DNA of 64,000 bases from Candidatus Zambryskiibacteriota bacterium (GTDB lineage: Bacteria > Patescibacteriota > Minisyncoccia > Phycocordibacterales > WO2-35-19), in assembly GCA_043799105.1 (NCBI GenBank), contig JAZDOB010000010.1, forward strand, positions 10,516 to 74,515. The letters run 5' to 3'. This document shows, piece by piece, positions 30,979 to 39,780 of this stretch (positions are counted from its first letter, which is position 1; each line of letters starts with the position of its first letter). Below the pieces are notes generated by a model. It worked only from the letters and a program-made list of their open reading frames with translations, was not told the origin of the DNA and made no database searches. A program made the position numbers and the translations under genes.

Positions 30979-31007
30979 TTGACACCCTATGACACTTCTC
31001 ATATACT
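30979..31007 (+). promoter_or_regulatory. Sigma70-like promoter TTGACA-17nt-TATACT driving the HTH gene (near-leaderless)
   Basis: TTGACA at 30979-30984 and TATACT at 31002-31007 with a 17-nt spacer. The ATG at 31018 is ~11 nt past the -10. Confidence 0.5.
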
Positions 31008-31017
31008 TAATGCGACT

Positions 31018-31266
31018 ATGACTGATGAAATAAAATCGCATGCTGTTTATACTACAGGAGAGGCAGAAAAGCTTCTAAAAGTGAGCAATAGCACTATGAA
31101 AAGGCTACTCAAGCATGGTATACTGCGTGCCAATAAAGTAGGCAGACAGTATCGTATTTTAGGCAAAGAGATTTTAAGAGTTATTTCGCCACAACTTGAG
31201 GGAAAAGCTATCGAATCGTATCTGGGTTTGAAACACAAAGTTGTCGATAAAATTAATAAATGGTAA
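31018..31266 (+). CDS. Small HTH DNA-binding protein, excisionase/HTH_17 (MerR-superfamily) type
   Basis: MTDEIKSHAVYTTGEAEKLLKVSNSTMKRLLKHGILRANKVGRQYRILGKEI (GRxYRI motif). The ORF-track start at 30928 (TTG) would overlap the divergent gene start and run through the promoter, so the ATG at 31018 is preferred. Stop overlaps the ABC gene start. Confidence 0.5.
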   Translation: MTDEIKSHAVYTTGEAEKLLKVSNSTMKRLLKHGILRANKVGRQYRILGKEILRVISPQLEGKAIESYLGLKHKVVDKINKW

Positions 31267-33071
31267 AGAATATGCCTCAAGAAACATCAAAAAAATCGCG
31301 GATTATTTCCTTTCTCAGACTTTACAATTATGGTTTTGGCAAATATAAGTGGCACATAGTTTTTTTGGCGATCTTGGGGTTGTTGGCGGGGTTGCTTGAA
31401 GGAATAGGTGTCAATGCTCTCATCCCACTTTTCTCTTTTATTGTTGGAAGCGGCAGTACGGGAGATGACATAATTTCAAAAACTATAGGAAAAGTATTCC
31501 AGTACACTCACGTGCCCTTTACACTGAAGTACCTACTTATCTTTATGTGTTTGCTTTTTATTCTTCGGGCAGTGGTTTCAATTGCCAGTGGTTATATCAG
31601 AGCCCGTATTGCCAGTGATTATTCCGAAAAGACCAGAAGCGATCTGTTTGCTAAAACTCTTAAAACTAAATGGTCCTATCTCTTAACTCAAAAAATGGGC
31701 CATCTACAGACCGTGCTCATGACCAATGTGTTTAACACAGAAGTGCTTCTGAGTCATATCTCCGGAGTAGTGATTATTGTAAGTAGTCTTGTCGTTTACA
31801 TGTTTATTGCCATAAACATATCAATGTCTACGACACTCTTTACTATTGCGGTGACTGGCGTCTTTTTTGTGGTGTTTAAACCGCTTATGTACAACACTAA
31901 AGTTGCCAATAATGAAATCGAAGGCCTCAACAGGACGGTGGCTCATTTTGTTAATGAAAACGTTCTGGGTATGAAGACAGTAAAAGTTATGCTGGCTGAT
32001 AATAAGGTGATTGATATCGGGAAAGGATATTTTCGGTCCTTGAAAGACCTGACTTCCAGAATTAACTTTTTAAGGGTTATTCCAGATTCGCTAATGCAGC
32101 CTTTTGGGATAATTTTTATAATGATTCTTTTTGCGATCTCCTACAAATTGCCCGGTTTTAACGTTGCCTCTTTTGCCGCAGTAGTTTATCTGATTCAACG
32201 TATATTCCTTTATTTTCAGCAATTACAAGCGAGTGCTCAAATGATAAACGATACGACTCCTTATTTAAGAACTCTTATAAAATTTGAACAGGAAGCAAAC
32301 TCGTTTGAAGAAAAATATCATGGTACAGAGGAGTTTTCTTTCAGTAAAGAACTTGAATTTAAAAATGTTTCTTTTTCGTATCAAAATAGCAAACCGATTT
32401 TAAATGGACTGAACTTTAGAATTAATCAGGGTGAGATGGTTGGACTCATCGGTCCGTCCGGCGCCGGCAAGACTACTATTGTGGATCTTATGCTTCGGCT
32501 TTTTGAACCGACGGGGGGAAATATTTTGGTTGACGGGCGGAATATTTTGGATATTGATTTACGTTCGTGGAGGGAAAATATAGGATATGTGTCGCAAGAT
32601 ATTTTTCTTATGAATGATACGATTGAGAACAATATAAGATTTTATAATTCTGATTTGAAAAATGAGGAATTGATTGAGGCTGCCAAGGCGGCAAATATCT
32701 ATGATTTCGTCGAAACCCTCAAAGAAGGTTTTAATACGATTATTGGAGATCGTGGTGTTACGCTTTCGGCTGGGCAGAGGCAAAGGATAGTAATTGCCAG
32801 GGTATTGGCTCGCAAACCACAGTTTCTTATCCTTGACGAAGCCACCAGCGCCCTTGATAATGAGTCTGAGGTTCAGATTCAAGAGGTCATCGAGAATCTA
32901 AAAGGGAAGATGACCGTTTTGGTGATCGCTCACAGACTTTCAACCATTACCAATGCCGACAAACTTCTGGCGCTTGATGGTGGTAAAATTGTTGAAGAAG
33001 GCAAACCCGAGGAACTCCTCAAAAACGAAGATTCTTATTTCTATAAAATAAATAACCTCAAAAATATATGA
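31260..33071 (+). CDS. ABC exporter, fused permease-ATPase (MsbA/lipid-glycan flippase-like)
   Basis: 6-TM N-terminal domain. Walker A GPSGAGKTT. ABC signature LSAGQRQRIVIARVL. Walker B ILDEATSALD. Confidence 0.85.
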   Translation: MVKNMPQETSKKSRIISFLRLYNYGFGKYKWHIVFLAILGLLAGLLEGIGVNALIPLFSFIVGSGSTGDDIISKTIGKVFQYTHVPFTLKYLLIFMCLLFILRAVVSIASGYIRARIASDYSEKTRSDLFAKTLKTKWSYLLTQKMGHLQTVLMTNVFNTEVLLSHISGVVIIVSSLVVYMFIAINISMSTTLFTIAVTGVFFVVFKPLMYNTKVANNEIEGLNRTVAHFVNENVLGMKTVKVMLADNKVIDIGKGYFRSLKDLTSRINFLRVIPDSLMQPFGIIFIMILFAISYKLPGFNVASFAAVVYLIQRIFLYFQQLQASAQMINDTTPYLRTLIKFEQEANSFEEKYHGTEEFSFSKELEFKNVSFSYQNSKPILNGLNFRINQGEMVGLIGPSGAGKTTIVDLMLRLFEPTGGNILVDGRNILDIDLRSWRENIGYVSQDIFLMNDTIENNIRFYNSDLKNEELIEAAKAANIYDFVETLKEGFNTIIGDRGVTLSAGQRQRIVIARVLARKPQFLILDEATSALDNESEVQIQEVIENLKGKMTVLVIAHRLSTITNADKLLALDGGKIVEEGKPEELLKNEDSYFYKINNLKNI

Positions 33072-34096
33072 AGACCGACAATATTTCAAAGACAGATTTT
33101 CTAAAGAATAAAACGGTTTTAATAACCGGAGGCACCGGTTCTTTCGGTAAAAATTTCGCCAAACATTTGCTTGAAAATTCCGATTTAAAAAAACTGATTA
33201 TTTTTAGCCGTGATGAGCTAAAGCAATTTAATATGAGTGCCGAAATAAAAGATGAACGGGTGCGATTTTTTTTGGGGGATATCCGGGATTTACCTCGTCT
33301 GGAGAGAGCTTTTAACGGTGTTGATATCGTAGTACATGCCGCAGCTCTCAAACAAGTGCCAATGCTTGAGTACAATCCTTTTGAAGCTGTAAAAACTAAT
33401 GTTTTAGGCAGTCAAAATGTTATTGATGCCGCCATAGATAAAAAAGTCAAAAAAGTAATTTTAGTTTCCAGTGACAAGGCGGCGCACCCCGTTAATCTTT
33501 ATGGTTCAACCAAACTTTGCGCCGAGAAGCTTTTTATCAGCGGGAATTCATATGCCGGGCAAAAAACAAGATTTAGCTGTGTCAGATACGGAAATGTGGT
33601 TGGCAGCCGCGGAAGTATTGTTGATATCCTTATCAATAATCCGAATATACCCACGGTCAATATAACTCACGAAGAGATGACCAGATTTTGGATTGGTCTG
33701 GATCAGACTTTTAAGTTGGTACTTTTCGCTTTGAAAAATATGATTGGCGGAGAAATATTTGTACCTAAAATTCCAAGCATGAAATTGGTCAATCTCTTTG
33801 ATTGTTTGGCGCCGAAAGCCAAGAAAGTTTTTATCGGTATTAGGCCCGGGGAGAAATTGCATGAAGTGCTTTTGACTGCCGAAGAGGCGCGCCATAGTTT
33901 TGAACTTCAAGGTTATTACGTTATTTTACCCGAATACTGTGAAATCTCCAGCGTAGAGAAAAAATTCAAAGGAATTCTTTCCAAAGCAAAAAAACTGCCA
34001 CCCGACTTTTCTTTTATGAGTCACACTAATAAAAATTGGCTGACAAATGAAGAACTTGCCAAGTTTATAGAAATTAAAAAGAAAAAACATAGTTAA
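33068..34096 (+). CDS. UDP-N-acetylglucosamine 4,6-dehydratase (PseB/FlaA1/CapD family)
   Basis: KTVLITGGTGSFGKNF…YGSTKLCAEKL… Size and motif pattern of inverting UDP-GlcNAc 4,6-dehydratases. Confidence 0.75.
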   Translation: MKTDNISKTDFLKNKTVLITGGTGSFGKNFAKHLLENSDLKKLIIFSRDELKQFNMSAEIKDERVRFFLGDIRDLPRLERAFNGVDIVVHAAALKQVPMLEYNPFEAVKTNVLGSQNVIDAAIDKKVKKVILVSSDKAAHPVNLYGSTKLCAEKLFISGNSYAGQKTRFSCVRYGNVVGSRGSIVDILINNPNIPTVNITHEEMTRFWIGLDQTFKLVLFALKNMIGGEIFVPKIPSMKLVNLFDCLAPKAKKVFIGIRPGEKLHEVLLTAEEARHSFELQGYYVILPEYCEISSVEKKFKGILSKAKKLPPDFSFMSHTNKNWLTNEELAKFIEIKKKKHS

Positions 34097-34104
34097 AAAT
34101 TTTT

Positions 34105-35205
34105 ATGATTCCATATGGCAAACAATCAATAGATGGCAAAGATATAAGAGCAGTTGAATCTGTCCTTAAATCGGATTGGCTCACTCAAGGGCCAAAAATT
34201 GCTGAATTTGAAAATGCCCTGGCTGATTATTGCGGAGCAAAGTTTGCAGTAGCTGTTTCTTCCGGCACTGTCGCACTTCATATCGCTTATCTTGCTTCTG
34301 GTCTGAAAGCTGGAGACGAAGTTGTCACAACCCCAAACACTTTTGTGGCTACCTCCAATATGCTTTTAGCCGTAGGTGCCAAACCAGTTTTTTGCGATAT
34401 TCACTCTGATACCTACAATATTGACGAAACAAAAATTGAAAAACTGATTACAAAAAAAACCAGAGCCATTGCGCCGGTGCATTTTGCAGGGATCCCTTGT
34501 GAAATGGACAAAATAATGAATATAGCAAGAAGACACAAACTCATTGTTATTGAAGATGCCTGCCATGCTTTAGGTGCAAAATATAAAAATAAAAAAATTG
34601 GCAGTATAGGCCATATGACCGTACTCAGTTTCCATCCGGTTAAATCAATTACCACTGGCGAAGGCGGGGCGATTTTAACCGACAATAAAAAATATTATGA
34701 GAGATTGAAATTATTAAGAAGCCATGGGATTTACAAAGATAAAAACGGAAAGAATATTATGACTGAAATGGGCTACAACTACAGGATAACTGATATACAG
34801 GCTTCCCTTGGCATTACTCAATTGAAAAAACTAGACAACTTCATTAAAAAAAGGAAACAAATTGTTTCTTGGTATAAGGAATTTTTACAGGACTGCAAGG
34901 AGATTATTCTTCCGGTGAACAATCCCGATTCTGCAAACCACATTTATATTATCAGAACTAAAAAAATAACGGACAGATTACCGCTCTATAATTTTCTGCG
35001 CAACGCAGGCGTTGGGGTCAATTTCCATTATCCAGCGGTTTATTCTCATCCTTATTACCAAAAGATTGGATATGCCGGTTTGAAATTGCCAATGGAGGAG
35101 GCTTATCAAAATTCTTGCGTCACTCTGCCTTGCTTCCCCGGTTTGTCTAGGGCTTTAATTAAACGAATAGCAAAATCAATAAATTCATTTTATGAATCCC
35201 GTTAG
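34105..35205 (+). CDS. DegT/DnrJ/EryC1/StrS-family PLP sugar aminotransferase (PseC/LegC-like)
   Basis: MIPYGKQSIDGKDIRAVESVLKSDWLTQGPKIAEFENALADYCGAKFAVAVSSGTVALHIA…SFHPVKSITTGEGG…. Confidence 0.8.
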   Translation: MIPYGKQSIDGKDIRAVESVLKSDWLTQGPKIAEFENALADYCGAKFAVAVSSGTVALHIAYLASGLKAGDEVVTTPNTFVATSNMLLAVGAKPVFCDIHSDTYNIDETKIEKLITKKTRAIAPVHFAGIPCEMDKIMNIARRHKLIVIEDACHALGAKYKNKKIGSIGHMTVLSFHPVKSITTGEGGAILTDNKKYYERLKLLRSHGIYKDKNGKNIMTEMGYNYRITDIQASLGITQLKKLDNFIKKRKQIVSWYKEFLQDCKEIILPVNNPDSANHIYIIRTKKITDRLPLYNFLRNAGVGVNFHYPAVYSHPYYQKIGYAGLKLPMEEAYQNSCVTLPCFPGLSRALIKRIAKSINSFYESR

Positions 35206-35241
35206 AAGTTAAGAGCTAATGGAATAAATAAAAACAAAAAT

Positions 35242-36681
35242 ATGAAAACTTCTAACGGGATGAAAAAAATTAAAATTTTAGCGATAAATGTTTGTCTGCG
35301 GCCAAGTAAGCCGCAAATTATGTTTCCTCTCGGCCTGGCCTATGTCTTAAGCGCCGTTCACCGAGCGGGCTATGATTTTGAATTGCTTGACTTGGATAAG
35401 GATAGAAAAAGCGACAAGGAGATTGAAAAGTTCTTGGCAGAAAAGGAGTTTGATGTAGTCGCTTTCGGTTGCATCGTGACTGGCTATAAAATGATAAAAA
35501 ATCTGAGCCGGATGGTAAGAAAAGCTAATAAGAAAGCCGTTATTATAGCCGGAAATTCCGTGGCCGACTCAATCCCGCGCATTCTTTTGTCAAAAACCGA
35601 AGTTGATGTGGCGGTAATAGGGGAAGGGGAGATAACTATTGTTGAAGTTTTAGATAGAATAAAAAATGGCAAGGCGCTTGACGGGGTTAAAGGAATTTGG
35701 TTTAAGCGCGGTGGAAAAATTTTTCAAAACCCAAACAGAGAAGCTATCAAAGATATAGATTCTATACCTTCACCCGTTTGGGATTTATTTGATATGGAAG
35801 CTTACATTAAAGGTTTCCAAGAGTTGATTAACGAACCTTTGCCTATGCCTAGAGAGCAGATTCGCTCTTTTTTGGTGAATGCGGCGAGAGGATGTCCGTT
35901 TCGTTGCACTTTTTGCTATCAAGTTTTTCAACATTATAATTACCGGCATCGTGGAGTGGATTCTATAATCAAAGAAATAAAAAAGTTGCAAAAAAAGTAC
36001 AAGATTAACTATATACTTTTTTGTGACGATCTATCTTTCCCTTCAAAGACTTTGCTTAAGGAATTTGTTGACAGAGTATTAAAAGAGAAATTAAAATTTT
36101 TTTGGACAGCTTCTTGTCGATCTGATTTATTCAATTCGGAAGAAGACGTGCCGTTGTTGAAACGAATAAAAAAATCAGGTTGCGAAGGCTTTGGTTTTTC
36201 TTTGGAATCGGCCAATAAAGAAATTCTAAAAGCCATGAATAAACATTTAGTTCCGGAAAATTTTGTCAGGCAAAAAAAATTGCTGGACAAGGCGGGCATA
36301 TCTTCATGGACAAGCTTAGTGCTTGGGTATCCAGAAGAAACAAAAAAAACCATAAAAGAGACTATGGATCTTTGTTACAAGTGCGACACCTATCCCAGTT
36401 CGGGTTATTTATTGCCCCAACCCGGAACGCCGATGTATAAGTATATATTTGATAAAGGCATAGCCAAAGACGAGGAAAAATATTTATTATCGCTTGGTGA
36501 TCGGCAAGATTTTAGGATTAATCTAACCAAGATGTCGGCAGAGGAATTTCAGGCAGAGGTAAAATATCACTTGTACCGGATTTCGAAAAAATTAAAGCTC
36601 GGTCTGGGTGAAGACAATCTTTTAAAGACGACCTCTTATAAAGGCATAACAGCAAAAAGAAGAGAAGAAGATAATAAATAA
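35242..36681 (+). CDS. B12-binding (class B) radical SAM enzyme, paralog 4
   Basis: KILAINVCLRPSKPQIMFPLGLAYVLSAVHRAGYDFELLDL. Radical SAM motif ARGCPFRCTFCYQ. Confidence 0.8.
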   Translation: MKTSNGMKKIKILAINVCLRPSKPQIMFPLGLAYVLSAVHRAGYDFELLDLDKDRKSDKEIEKFLAEKEFDVVAFGCIVTGYKMIKNLSRMVRKANKKAVIIAGNSVADSIPRILLSKTEVDVAVIGEGEITIVEVLDRIKNGKALDGVKGIWFKRGGKIFQNPNREAIKDIDSIPSPVWDLFDMEAYIKGFQELINEPLPMPREQIRSFLVNAARGCPFRCTFCYQVFQHYNYRHRGVDSIIKEIKKLQKKYKINYILFCDDLSFPSKTLLKEFVDRVLKEKLKFFWTASCRSDLFNSEEDVPLLKRIKKSGCEGFGFSLESANKEILKAMNKHLVPENFVRQKKLLDKAGISSWTSLVLGYPEETKKTIKETMDLCYKCDTYPSSGYLLPQPGTPMYKYIFDKGIAKDEEKYLLSLGDRQDFRINLTKMSAEEFQAEVKYHLYRISKKLKLGLGEDNLLKTTSYKGITAKRREEDNK

Positions 36682-36697
36682 AAGCTCATGCAATATA

Positions 36698-37249
36698 TTA
36701 ACGAGGATAAATCAGAATGTCTCCTTTGTCTGAGTATGCGATAATTTTTTTAATCTCATCAATAATCTTGAGGAAAGAGTTGTGAATTTTCCAGTCCTCG
36801 GGATTTCCAACTGCTACAAACCGAATCTCTTCCGGAAGGAATTTTCCCACGGTTCTTTTTACTCTGGGAATATGGTAAGTGCTAGTCACTATAACCAGAT
36901 TCTTAAAATCTTTAGTTAACGGATCAGTGATTAAAATTTCAAACTGCGTCTTGGTATTTATAACACCAAGTTTACTACCGTCCTGAAAATGGCATAGTTC
37001 TTTGGGAATGCCCGACTGCTCCATTTGAGCCAGCTTTTCGGCACGACTCTCGGTAGCCCCGCTGAAGATTACCGGTATGGGACGGCCCAAAACTTTGAGA
37101 ACATTTAGTCCGCATTTTATGCGGGAGATGTCTTCTTCCTTGGGGTCTAAAGCTCCCTGGAGAATAACAAGAGCATCCGCATCTTTTGGAATTATTGGCG
37201 GGTTCTTATACAAATCCTCAAATTCTTTTATAAGCTCAATTGTGTCCAT
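36698..37249 (-). CDS. DUF218 (YdcF/ElyC-like) protein, AT-rich paralog
   Basis: 183 aa. …LVIVTSTYHIPRVKRTVGKF… Clear paralog of the next gene with the same order of motifs. Confidence 0.6.
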   Translation of the reverse strand: MDTIELIKEFEDLYKNPPIIPKDADALVILQGALDPKEEDISRIKCGLNVLKVLGRPIPVIFSGATESRAEKLAQMEQSGIPKELCHFQDGSKLGVINTKTQFEILITDPLTKDFKNLVIVTSTYHIPRVKRTVGKFLPEEIRFVAVGNPEDWKIHNSFLKIIDEIKKIIAYSDKGDILIYPR

Positions 37250-37363
37250 GGCTTGATTTAAAGCAGTGTTTATAATAGTATGCTTAAAATTACATGTCCA
37301 GTTTATTGAACATATATAAAACTCTAGAATAAATCAGTTTGCCGAGATCATCAAATAAAAAAG

Positions 37364-37393
37364 AAGGTCGTCCCAAGAACACGGGACGACCTT
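37364..37393 (-). terminator. Intrinsic terminator of the GC-rich DUF218 paralog
   Basis: Perfect hairpin aaggtcgtccc-aagaacac-gggacgacctt, followed on the minus strand by a U-run. Confidence 0.6.
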
Positions 37394-37412
37394 TTAATTT
37401 CTCTCTCAATCC

Positions 37413-37973
37413 TTAGGAGCGCGGGTGGGCTAGGATATCCCCCTTGGCCGAATACTTAACAATCCTCCCGATCTCACCCATAATCATCAGAAAACTGTTA
37501 CAGATATTCCAGTCTTCAGGGTCTGAAACCACCACAAACCTAGTTTGGGGCGGGAAAAACTTACCCGCTGTTCTCTTTGTCCTAGGGATATGATATGTGC
37601 TCGTTACGATCACCAAGTCTCTCATGTCCATAGTTGGGGGATTGCTGATTAATGCCCCAAACTGGGTCTTGGTATTGGCAACCCCTCGTTTTCCGCAATC
37701 CTGGAAGTGTGAGAGTGATTTTGGCACGCCGAGCTGCTCCATGAGCGCAAGCATCTCGGCCCGTTCCTCCGTTTCGCCACTGTAAATCACCGGAACCGGA
37801 TGGCCCAGGGTATTGAGAACATTCAACCCACACCTTATGCGGGATTCGTTCTCTTCCCTTGGCTCTACCGCCCCCGTTAGGATGACAATTCCATCGGTGC
37901 AGTTTGGTACAATTGGTGGGCTCTGCTTATATAAATCCTCGAACTCCCTCAAGAGTTCGATTTCTGTAACCAT
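37413..37973 (-). CDS. DUF218 (YdcF/ElyC-like) protein, GC-rich paralog
   Basis: 186 aa. …LVIVTSTYHIPRTKRTAGKF… Same family as 36698-37249 but encoded with visibly higher GC and different codon usage. Confidence 0.6.
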   Translation of the reverse strand: MVTEIELLREFEDLYKQSPPIVPNCTDGIVILTGAVEPREENESRIRCGLNVLNTLGHPVPVIYSGETEERAEMLALMEQLGVPKSLSHFQDCGKRGVANTKTQFGALISNPPTMDMRDLVIVTSTYHIPRTKRTAGKFFPPQTRFVVVSDPEDWNICNSFLMIMGEIGRIVKYSAKGDILAHPRS

Positions 37974-38089
37974 ACAGCCTCCTTTGGTTGTGGGGAAAAA
38001 TCTACCTGAATTTAGAACTTTGAATCTGGTAGTATTATAGCAAATCGTCAGATTTTGTCAAGTCGATAAAAACTACTATTTGTATTATC

Positions 38090-39010
38090 ATGACCGGGAT
38101 TATGGCTACTTTATTGAACAAACTAACATTAGGAACGGTTCAGTTCGGAATGGATTACGGCATCAATAATCCGAACGGCAAGCCATCTTTGGAAAAGTCC
38201 TTGGAAATGCTGGATTTTGCTTGGGCTAAAGGCATAAGAATTTTTGATACGGCCTATAATTATGGCGAGGCGGAAGAAATTTTAGGAGAATTTGTAAAAA
38301 CTCGTAATCCGGGGGCGGAAATGAAAATTATCACCAAACTGAAGCCCAATATTTTGTCCGAAGAACAGGGCAGAACATCCGACATTATTGAAAATAATTT
38401 AAAGGCTTCTTTAAAGCGACTAAATAGGGATTATGTTGACGGGTATCTTTTTCACACTCCGGCGTACATATATAACAAAGAAGCTGTTGAGGCAATGATT
38501 AGTTTAAAAAAGAAAGATTTGGTTAAAAATATCGGGGTTTCCATTTATGAAGAAAAAGACGCTGTTTATGCCGCCAAAATAAAAGAGTTTGATTACATAC
38601 AAGTTCCATACAGCATATTTGACCAGCGAGTAGATAGAGTTGGTTTTTTTGAAATCGCCAGGAAAAACAATATAAAGGTTTTTGCTCGCAGCGCTTTCTT
38701 GCAGGGTTTATTTTTTATGCCTGAAGACAAAATCCCGTCTCATTTGGAAATCGCCAAGCCTTATTTCAAGAAATTTGACGAGATTATAGGCAAATACGGT
38801 TTGTCCAGACAACAGGTGGCAGTATTGTTTACTCACAAAAATGAAGCCATAAATCATTTGGTTTTCGGGGTAGACAATTTGGAACAACTGAAAGAAGATA
38901 TAGAAATTGCCGAAAGAAATATGGATTGCGAAGATTGTCTCAAAGAGTTAAGGGAGAATTTTATAAACGTTGAGAAAAGCATAATCTTTCCCAGTTTATG
39001 GAAAAAATAA
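38090..39010 (+). CDS. Aldo/keto reductase family oxidoreductase
   Basis: …LGTVQFGMDYGINNPNGKPSLEKSLEMLDFAWAKGIRIFDTAYNYGEAEEILG…. Confidence 0.8.
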   Translation: MTGIMATLLNKLTLGTVQFGMDYGINNPNGKPSLEKSLEMLDFAWAKGIRIFDTAYNYGEAEEILGEFVKTRNPGAEMKIITKLKPNILSEEQGRTSDIIENNLKASLKRLNRDYVDGYLFHTPAYIYNKEAVEAMISLKKKDLVKNIGVSIYEEKDAVYAAKIKEFDYIQVPYSIFDQRVDRVGFFEIARKNNIKVFARSAFLQGLFFMPEDKIPSHLEIAKPYFKKFDEIIGKYGLSRQQVAVLFTHKNEAINHLVFGVDNLEQLKEDIEIAERNMDCEDCLKELRENFINVEKSIIFPSLWKK

Positions 39011-39780
39011 AAAACCTTTGTATCATACAGGCCAGAATGAATTCTGCTCGTCTACCGGGTAAGATTTTGATGAAAATAGGGGACAAAACCATTCTTGAGT
39101 ATGTTATAACCAGAGTAAAGCAAGCTAAAAATATAGACAAAATTGTCGTGGCTACTACCGACCGGAAGGAGGACGATGCTACAGAAAATATTTGTAAAAA
39201 AATTGGCGTCGATTGTTTTCGCGGTTCCGAAAATGACGTACTTGACCGATTTTATCAGACAGCCAAAAAATATGAAGCTGATACAATCATCCGAATTACC
39301 GGCGACTGCCCCTTGCTTCCCCCGGAAGTGATTGAACAGCTCTTGAATAAATTTAATGAAGGCAATTTTGGTATAGTTTCGAGCGGGCCTTCGTTTGCGG
39401 AAGGTTTTGACTGTGAGATTTTTTCTTTTAAGATGCTTGAAGTGGCTCATAAGAACGCTTCCAAGGTTTCGGAGCGTGAGCATGTTACTTTGTATCTTCA
39501 CACTCATCCGGAAGTTTGCAAAAAATGCGCGGTGGAAAATAAAACCGATGACAGCAAATATAGAGTGGTGGTTGACGAACCCGGAGATTTCACTGTTGTT
39601 AAAACAATTATAGAAAATTTTTATCCTCAAAATCCAAATTTCACAATTGATGATATCAAAAAATTTTTAGACCAGCATCCTGAAATAACCCAAATAAATA
39701 ATGACATCATTAGAAATGAAGGGCTCATAAAATCTTTAGCGGTAGAAAAAAATCAAGGCAAAAAATCCCATGAAAAATAA
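38998..39780 (+). CDS. Cytidylyltransferase (acylneuraminate/pseudaminate cytidylyltransferase, NeuA/PseF/SpsF-like)
   Basis: …NLCIIQARMNSARLPGKILMKIGDKTILEYVITR…IVVATTDR…: CMP-NeuAc-synthetase-like N-terminal pattern. Confidence 0.7.
   Translation: MEKIKNLCIIQARMNSARLPGKILMKIGDKTILEYVITRVKQAKNIDKIVVATTDRKEDDATENICKKIGVDCFRGSENDVLDRFYQTAKKYEADTIIRITGDCPLLPPEVIEQLLNKFNEGNFGIVSSGPSFAEGFDCEIFSFKMLEVAHKNASKVSEREHVTLYLHTHPEVCKKCAVENKTDDSKYRVVVDEPGDFTVVKTIIENFYPQNPNFTIDDIKKFLDQHPEITQINNDIIRNEGLIKSLAVEKNQGKKSHEK

Noticed and set aside
30928-31017. 5' extension of the HTH gene from TTG 30928 (as in the ORF track)
   Set aside because: It would share its first base with the divergent radical SAM start and read through a canonical TTGACA-17-TATACT promoter; the in-frame ATG at 31018 gives a complete HTH_17 domain.
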